Source: Octopus bimaculoides (lineage: Eukaryota). Taken from it: 42,273 bases of DNA. Positions 36,485 to 42,273 of the stretch are shown piece after piece (position 1 is the stretch's first letter; every line of letters starts with the position of its first letter). The notes under the pieces were generated by a model that saw only the letters and a list, made by a program, of their open reading frames with translations, was not told the origin of the DNA and did not search any database. Where the stretch lies: positions 21,218,049 to 21,260,321 of the forward strand of contig NC_068983.1 of assembly GCF_001194135.2 (NCBI RefSeq), written 5' to 3'. The translations under genes were made by a program, and so were the position numbers.

Positions 36485-36540
36485 GATGGTGCCCCAGCAT
36501 GGCCACAATCCCTGCAACTGAAACAAGTAAAAAATAAAAG
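36485..36540 (+). mobile_element. Isolated family-B-type 3' tail
   Basis: GATGGTGCCCCAGCATGGCCACAATC..CTGAAACAAGTAAAA. Confidence 0.6.
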
Positions 36541-36559
36541 CGTAATTCATATCTGGGAT

Positions 36560-36956
36560 GGTTTTGCTCGTTGTTGTTGGCACTCCGTCGCTTACGACAT
36601 CGAGGGTTCCAGGTTGATCTGATCAACGGAATAGCCTGCTCGTGAAATTAATGTGCAAGTGGCTGAGCACTCCACAGACACGTGTACCCTTAGCGTAGCT
36701 CTCGGGGATATTCAGCGTGACACAGAATGTGACAAGGCTGGCCCTTTGAAATACAGGTACAACAGAAACAGGAAGTAAGAGTGAGAGAAAGTTGCGGTGA
36801 TAGAGTACAGCAGAGTTCGCCACCTTCCCCTGCCGGAGCCACGTGGAGCTTTAGGTGTTTTCGCTCAATAAACACTCACAACGCTCGGTCAGGGAATCGA
36901 AACCGCGATCCGATGACCGTGAGTCCGCTGCCCTAACCGTTGGGTCATTGTGTCTC
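36560..36956 (-). mobile_element. SINE family C, near full length
   Basis: Minus-strand tRNA-like head GGAGACACAATGACCCAACGGTTAGGGCAGCGGACTCACGG..GGTTTCGATTCC. Body shared with 5645-5909; ends CGTAAGCGACGGAGTGCCAACAAC. Confidence 0.8.
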
Positions 36957-37829
36957 CCGCAATCGTAAATAATTTCTTTCACAACGAATATGGAGCAAAA
37001 GAGAGCAGCATGATTTTAAAATGACAGGATGGTCATTGATGGAACGCTTTTGATCAAAGATAATGTTGATCAGGAGAAATATGGGACTAGCGCCAACAAT
37101 GAAGCAATGTTAGAATTTCGGCTTTTGACATGTCCTNNNNNNNNNNNNNNNNNNNNNNNNNNNNNNNNNNNNNNNNNNNNNNNNNNNNNNNNNNNNNNNN
37201 NNNNNNNNNNNNNNNNNNNNNNNNNNNNNNNNNNNNNNNNNNNNNNNNNNNNNNNNNNNNNNNNNNNNNNNNNNNNNNNNNNNNNNNNNNNNNNNNNNNN
37301 NNNNNNNNNNNNNNNNNNNNNNNNNNNNNNNNNNNNNNNNNNNNNNNNNNNNNNNNNNNNNNNNNNNNNNNNNNNNNNNNNNNNNNNNNNNNNNNNNNNN
37401 NNNNNNNNNNNNNNNNNNNNNNNNNNNNNNNNNNNNNNNNNNNNNNNNNNNNNNNNNNNNNNNNNNNNNNNNNNNNNNNNNNNNNNNNNNNNNNNNNNNN
37501 NNNNNNNNNNNNNNNNNNNNNNNNNNNNNNNNNNNNNNNNNNNNNNNNNNNNNNNNNNNNNNNNNNNNNNNNNNNNNNNNNNNNNNNNNNNNNNNNNNNN
37601 NNNNNNNNNNNNNNNNNNNNNNNNATATATATATATATATATATAGGTATCTACGCAGGTATCTACGCAGAAGAAAAAATGGGAGAGAGGTAGAGTTACA
37701 CAAAGTCACGCTAACACTTAATATGCAAATGTATATTAAGGCGTCGATCTGGTGGAATCTTTTGTATGCCTAGTAAAATGCTTGACACCACTTCATCCGT
37801 AAGTCATGATTTCGCATTCCAGAGTCAAT

Positions 37830-37930
37830 AAAATAAGTGCTAGGGGAGCATCTAGTACAACTTGGGGGTCGAAGTAATCGGCTTAACCCTTTTCTCCGAA
37901 ATTACTGGCCTTATGCCAAAATTTGATACT
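37830..37930 (+). mobile_element. SINE A-like 3' fragment
   Basis: AAATAAGTGCTAG..GGGGTCGAAGTAATCGGCTTAACCC..CCGAAATT..GGCCTTATGCC. Confidence 0.5.
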
Positions 37931-38006
37931 CAAACGCATATATTTAAGCAATAGCGACATTTTCTGCTACTCTGTACCTATATATATGTGCATGTGTACA
38001 CACGTC

Positions 38007-38008
<2 letters not shown>

Positions 38009-38096
<88 letters not shown>
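38009..38096. repeat. (TG)n microsatellite, about 43 units
   Basis: Read directly. Confidence 0.98.
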
Positions 38097-38102
<6 letters not shown>

Positions 38103-38469
38103 TGCGTGTTTGTGTGTGGCTGTTGGTCTTTGTAGTTTTAAAAACCGTTGTTCTGCTTCAAACTTTATGTATTGATTCCATAGAGATCGATAAATTAAGC
38201 CTCAGACTAGACGATGTACTTGGGTCGATATTCTCAACTGAAGCTTCCGAGGGATGTGCACCAAAATGGCTTCCGTTCAGTACCTGAAACTGATAAAGAA
38301 TTGTATAAGTTTTCTATGTATGTATGTATATGATATAAATAGGCGTAATACGTTCCTGCATTGATAATACATTGCCAAGTTTTAATTTGATATTGTTTAT
38401 TTCAACTCATAATTTTGAGGAACTTCTGAGGAAATCATTGATTTCTCTTTTAACGTTTATTATTTTTTT

Positions 38470-38645
38470 TTTTATTTGTTTCAGTCATTAGACTATGGCC
38501 ATGCCGGGCCATCGCCTTGAAGAATCATGCTCAGTACTTATCTATCTGTTAAAGTCTGATGTTTATAGTATTGAATTAATTTGCTGAACAGCTAGGTTAC
38601 GTGTCGTAAACACATCACCATTGATTGTCCCGTGGTGGCGGGAGA
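38470..38645 (-). mobile_element. SINE family B, degenerate 3' part
   Basis: TTGTTTCAGTCATTAGACTATGGCCATGC..GCTGAACAGCTAGGTTACG.GTCGTAAACAC. Confidence 0.65.
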
Positions 38646-38679
38646 TATAGCCACAGACACCAAGACATTAGCGACGCAG

Positions 38680-38964
38680 TTTATCCAATAGTTCAAAACA
38701 TTGACGATGACGATTCTGGGAAATCAAAGAGAGCTATCGCTAAAGAACTTCAAAGAATTACGGTGCATGAACACATTTGTTAGAAGCATCTTGTACTCTG
38801 AAGACTCCAATTCATGACTGCTAAGACACTTGAAAATCATTTGATCTGTGCCAAATGGCTACAAAACAAGTTTCAGAACACCCACGAACATAGCATGATT
38901 TGGCTTCTCTCTGATAGAGAAATCTTCGACGAAGATAAACTGTCTAACAGGACAAATGACAATT
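38680..38964 (+). pseudogene. maT/DD37D-like transposase remnant, N-terminal half
   Basis: IDDDDSGKSKRAIAKELQ..LENHLICAKWLQNKFQNTHEHSMIWLLSDREIFDEDKLSNRTND matches the HTH region and first catalytic Asp (W.FSDE..F..D..N..ND) of maT-type transposases. Confidence 0.7.
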
Positions 38965-39128
38965 CTTTTCAAGTCTAGGCACGAGGCCCGAAATTTTGGG
39001 GGAGGAGGCCAGTCGATTAGATCGACTCCAGTACGCAACTGGTACCAAATTTATTGACCCCGAAAAGATGAAAGGCAAAGTCGACCTCGGCGAAATTTGA
39101 AATCAGAACGTAAAGACAGACGAAATAC
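38965..39128 (-). mobile_element. SINE family A tail-2, 3' part of the interrupted host copy
   Basis: Minus strand GTATTTCGTCTGTCTTTACG..GACTTTGCCTTTCATC..CCTCCCCCAAAATTTCGGGCCTCGTGCCTAGAC. Outer TSD GGACAAATGACAATT (38950-38964) / GGACAGATGAGAATT (41091-41105). Confidence 0.9.
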
Positions 39129-41029
39129 CAATTTCTTTATTAGCCACAAGGGGCTAAACACAGATGGGACAATACACACATGCGGGGACAATTAACACAT
39201 GATAGAATGGAACAATGGAATTAAACAATGATGATGGGACGGCCACCCCAGCCCCACCCCGGGGCGGCCGCGTTATTTCAATTATNNNNNNNNNNNNNNN
39301 NNNNNNNNNNNNNNNNNNNNNNNNNNNNNNNNNNNNNNNNNNNNNNNNNNNNNNNNNNNNNNNNNNNNNNNNNNNNNNNNNNNNNNNNNNNNNNNNNNNN
39401 NNNNNNNNNNNNNNNNNNNNNNNNNNNNNNNNNNNNNNNNNNNNNNNNNNNNNNNNNNNNNNNNNNNNNNNNNNNNNNNNNNNNNNNNNNNNNNNNNNNN
39501 NNNNNNNNNNNNNNNNNNNNNNNNNNNNNNNNNNNNNNNNNNNNNNNNNNNNNNNNNNNNNNNNNNNNNNNNNNNNNNNNNNNNNNNNNNNNNNNNNNNN
39601 CTATTTTTTGTGCGTATCGATATGACATCAAATATATGCTGTTCCTATGTACCTCTTGTGTCTGTATGTCTGTTCGTTTTTGTTTTTCTGTACTACCATG
39701 CGTCTGTTCTTCTATATTTCTTTGTGACTGTATTTCTGTGTGTTTATCTGTCTGTGGTTCTGCATGTTTGTGTGACTGTAAGTCTGCATGTTGTGCTTGT
39801 GTGTCTGTGTTTTCAGGTTCTGTGCTTTTAGGTTTCTGTAACTCTGCGTTATCTTCTTCGCTTCCCAGTGTATGTATGTCTGTGTGTTTATGCATCTGTG
39901 TATCTGTCTGTCTAAGCGATTGTGAGACTGTATGATTCTGTGGTAATGTTCTGCTGCTATTATCTTTTTTCCTCAGTGATTCCACTTGATCCTGTGATTT
40001 GCATTTCTTCCCTTGTTCGACTTTCGGCGATGAGCTCCTCCTTTCTCTCTTCCTTGATTTAGCTTCCTCAAAATCAGCTATCTGCTCCTCTTCCTGTGAC
40101 TGTTTCTTCTCCTCTATCACGCCTTCTTGCGTTTCCATTTCTTTGTTTTCCATTATTTCTGGGCACCTTCTTCTAATGTGACCNNNNNNNNNNNNNNNNN
40201 NNNNNNNNNNNNNNNNNNNNNNNNNNNNNNNNNNNNNNNNNNNNNNNNNNNNNNNNNNNNNNNNNNNNNNNNNNNNNNNNNNNNNNNNNNNNNNNNNNNN
40301 NNNNNNNNNNNNNNNNNNNNNNNNNNNNNNNNNNNNNNNNNNNNNNNNNNNNNNNNNNNNNNNNNNNNNNNNNNNNNNNNNNNNNNNNNNNNNNNNNNNN
40401 NNNNNNNNNNNNNNNNNNNNNNNNNNNNNNNNNNNNNNNNNNNNNNNNNNNNNNNNNNNNNNNNNNNNNNNNNNNNNNNNNNNNNNNNNNNNNNNNNNNN
40501 NNNNNNNNNNNNNNNNNNNNNNNNNNNNNNNNNNNNNNNNNNNNNNNNNNNNNNNNNNNNNNNNNNNNNNNNNNNNNNNNNNNNNNNNNNNNNNNNNNNN
40601 NNNNNNNNNNNNNNNNNNNNNNNNNNNNNNNNNNNNNNNNNNNNNNNNNNNNNNNNNNNNNNNNNNNNNNNNNNNNNNNNNNNNNNNNNNNNNNNNNNNN
40701 NNNNNNNNNNNNNNNNNNNNNNNNNNNNNNNNNNNNNNNNNNNNNNNNNNNNNNNNNNNNNNNNNNNNNNNNNNNNNNNNNNNNNNNNNNNNNNNNNNTG
40801 GCCCCTCCTTCTTTATCATTTCTTTATATTTTTCAATTTTCTCAGCCATGTCTTTATTCCAATGTATTTCATATTGCTTCAGCAGGCCTGGGACGACGGA
40901 AGCTCGACTCCCCGTCGCTGCTGCATACGTCTTCATTTTCTCCATCTCAGCAACGCCCACCAAAAAATAGTGGCGTTATACTAAAAAAATCGCAGCGAGT
41001 AATAACACGTCCGACCAGTAAACTCACGG
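39129..41029 (-). mobile_element. Tx1/L1-like element with 5' UTR, ORF1 and 3' tail, inserted in a SINE A head (no ORF2 visible; two gaps)
   Basis: Bounded by a 12-bp direct repeat CAGACGAAATAC (39117-39128 / 41030-41041). Carries an ORF1-like frame and a 3' tail TTGTCCCATCTGTGTTTAGCCCCTTGTGGCTAATAAAGAAAT similar to the Tx1-like LINE at 16358. Confidence 0.75.
39601..40945 (-). CDS. Retrotransposon ORF1 (gag-like; C-terminal half of a CCHC zinc knuckle), interrupted by gap 40184-40798, end hidden in gap 39286-39600
   Basis: ATG at 40945 (MEKMKTYAAATG..; the YAAA-type start is typical of Tx1/L1 ORF1). After the gap GHIRRRCP (H-x4-C) is followed by about 190 stop-free codons. Frame continuity across the gap is unverified. 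Confidence 0.65.
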
Positions 41030-41090
41030 CAGACGAAATACTGCTAAGCATTTCACCCGGCGTGCAAACGTTTCTGCCAGCTCACCGCCT
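41030..41090 (-). mobile_element. SINE family A head, 5' part of the interrupted host copy
   Basis: Minus strand AGGCGGTGAGCTGGCAGAAACGTTTGCACGCCGGGTGAAATGCTTAGCAGTATTTCGTCTG. Confidence 0.9.
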
Positions 41091-41595
41091 GGACAGATGA
41101 GAATTGGATGTGTACAGATCTTTCAGTTATCCCAAAAGCGATGTACAGAAAATTTCCTGTAACAGTGTTGGTGTGAGGAGTGATGAGTAATGAAGGTTAT
41201 GCCATACAACCTCATATCGCTCAACGTTGTCTTAAAAATGAATGCTACTGGGTATGTTGTGTTGTTGGAAACAATTGTTAATCCCTGGATAGATGAAGTA
41301 CGCAGTGAAAGAACATTCATATTTCAACAAGAATCAACACTTTCTCACAAATCTGATCTAACCGAAAAGTGGCTGACAGGCAATTTCTCCAATCATGTAA
41401 CACCAAACTTATGGCTTTTAAACATTGCTTCCCACTAGCAGTTACATCTAGAGCGTTGTTCAAATTCAAACAAATTGACAACCTCGCAATACCATAGTCT
41501 CTCTGACGGCAACCACTGCTCAGGTGTTGCCTGAAACGAATAAGAACCATATCCTGCATTGAAGTAGTCATCAAATCTGAAGGCAGAGTTAAAGA
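41091..41595 (+). pseudogene. maT/DD37D-like transposase remnant, C-terminal half (continues 38680-38964)
   Basis: NWMCTDLSVIPKAMYRKFPVTVLV*GVMSNEG..NATGYVVLLETIVNPWIDEVRSERTFIFQQESTLSHKS..WLTGNFSNHVTPNLW..IEVVIKSEG matches KFPATVMV.GVVS.EG..V.PWI..FQQDSAPSH..WP. Confidence 0.8.
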
Positions 41596-42165
41596 ATATT
41601 TTGTTTTGTCTAGGGAGAGTCATTATGCTAAAATTATTAACATACGCACTGGTTAGATCTCAATTTTTTAAATATTAGTTAATTGATTAATCATCCAACT
41701 TATTAATCGCAACTACTTAATCGGTTATTCGTATAATTAGGTTCTGTTTTTTTATTTCTGAAAGCTCTTTTGTTGCTACCTGTGTCTTCCTGTGTCTCGG
41801 CACACGAATTCACATAAAGAATCGTGCAAACCAGATACAAAAGCGAAGTAAATTTAAAGAATAATTTTATAAGAAAGTTTATCGGAACACGTGCAGAAAT
41901 GCTAAAACGTATATTTGGCATGTAATAGGCGATAGTTGATAATAGTACTAAATATGCCCTTAAATAACTTCCGCATCCTGTATATAGTCATGCATACACA
42001 CACAAATATGCACACACATATATATATAAGTGTGTGTGTGTGTGTGTCTGTGTGTGTGTGTCTGTGTGTGTGTGTCTGTCTGTGTGTGTGTGCGTGTGCA
42101 TATACACACGAGTGAGTGGTTGAACGAATGAAAAAGCAGCCAGCACATTTGGTAGGAGTTACATA

Positions 42166-42273
<108 letters not shown>

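Noticed and set aside
37028-37136. DGTLLIKDNV resembling an Ig I-set strand
   Set aside because: Lacks the D.G.Y.C motif; truncated by a gap; cannot be supported.

Overview
AT-rich, repeat-dense eukaryotic scaffold segment with 15 N-gaps, many of them abutting (TA)n, (TG)n or (ATT)n tracts. The SINE families and microsatellite load resemble a coleoid cephalopod (Octopus-like); this is recognition from memory, not a database result. No host protein-coding gene can be identified with confidence, and nearly all ORF-track entries are artefacts of N-gaps or microsatellites. The window holds at least four tRNA-headed SINE families, non-LTR retrotransposon remnants (two Tx1/L1-like, two RLE/R4-like families, one RTE-like), maT/DD37D-like Tc1-mariner remnants, a pogo/Tigger-like MITE end and a 160-bp near-perfect hairpin. 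Best leads: (1) a three-layer nest at 38.7-41.6 kb (mariner > SINE > Tx1-like element, both inner layers with readable target-site duplications). The Tx1-like element sits inside the SINE's head, and its 3' tail is shared by a subfamily of that same SINE and by a second Tx1-like LINE, suggesting a LINE that targets a SINE and also mobilises a SINE derivative carrying its tail. (2) A type I hammerhead-ribozyme motif at 1409-1470, plus two hammerhead half-motifs, one inside a fold-back tRNA-headed repeat.
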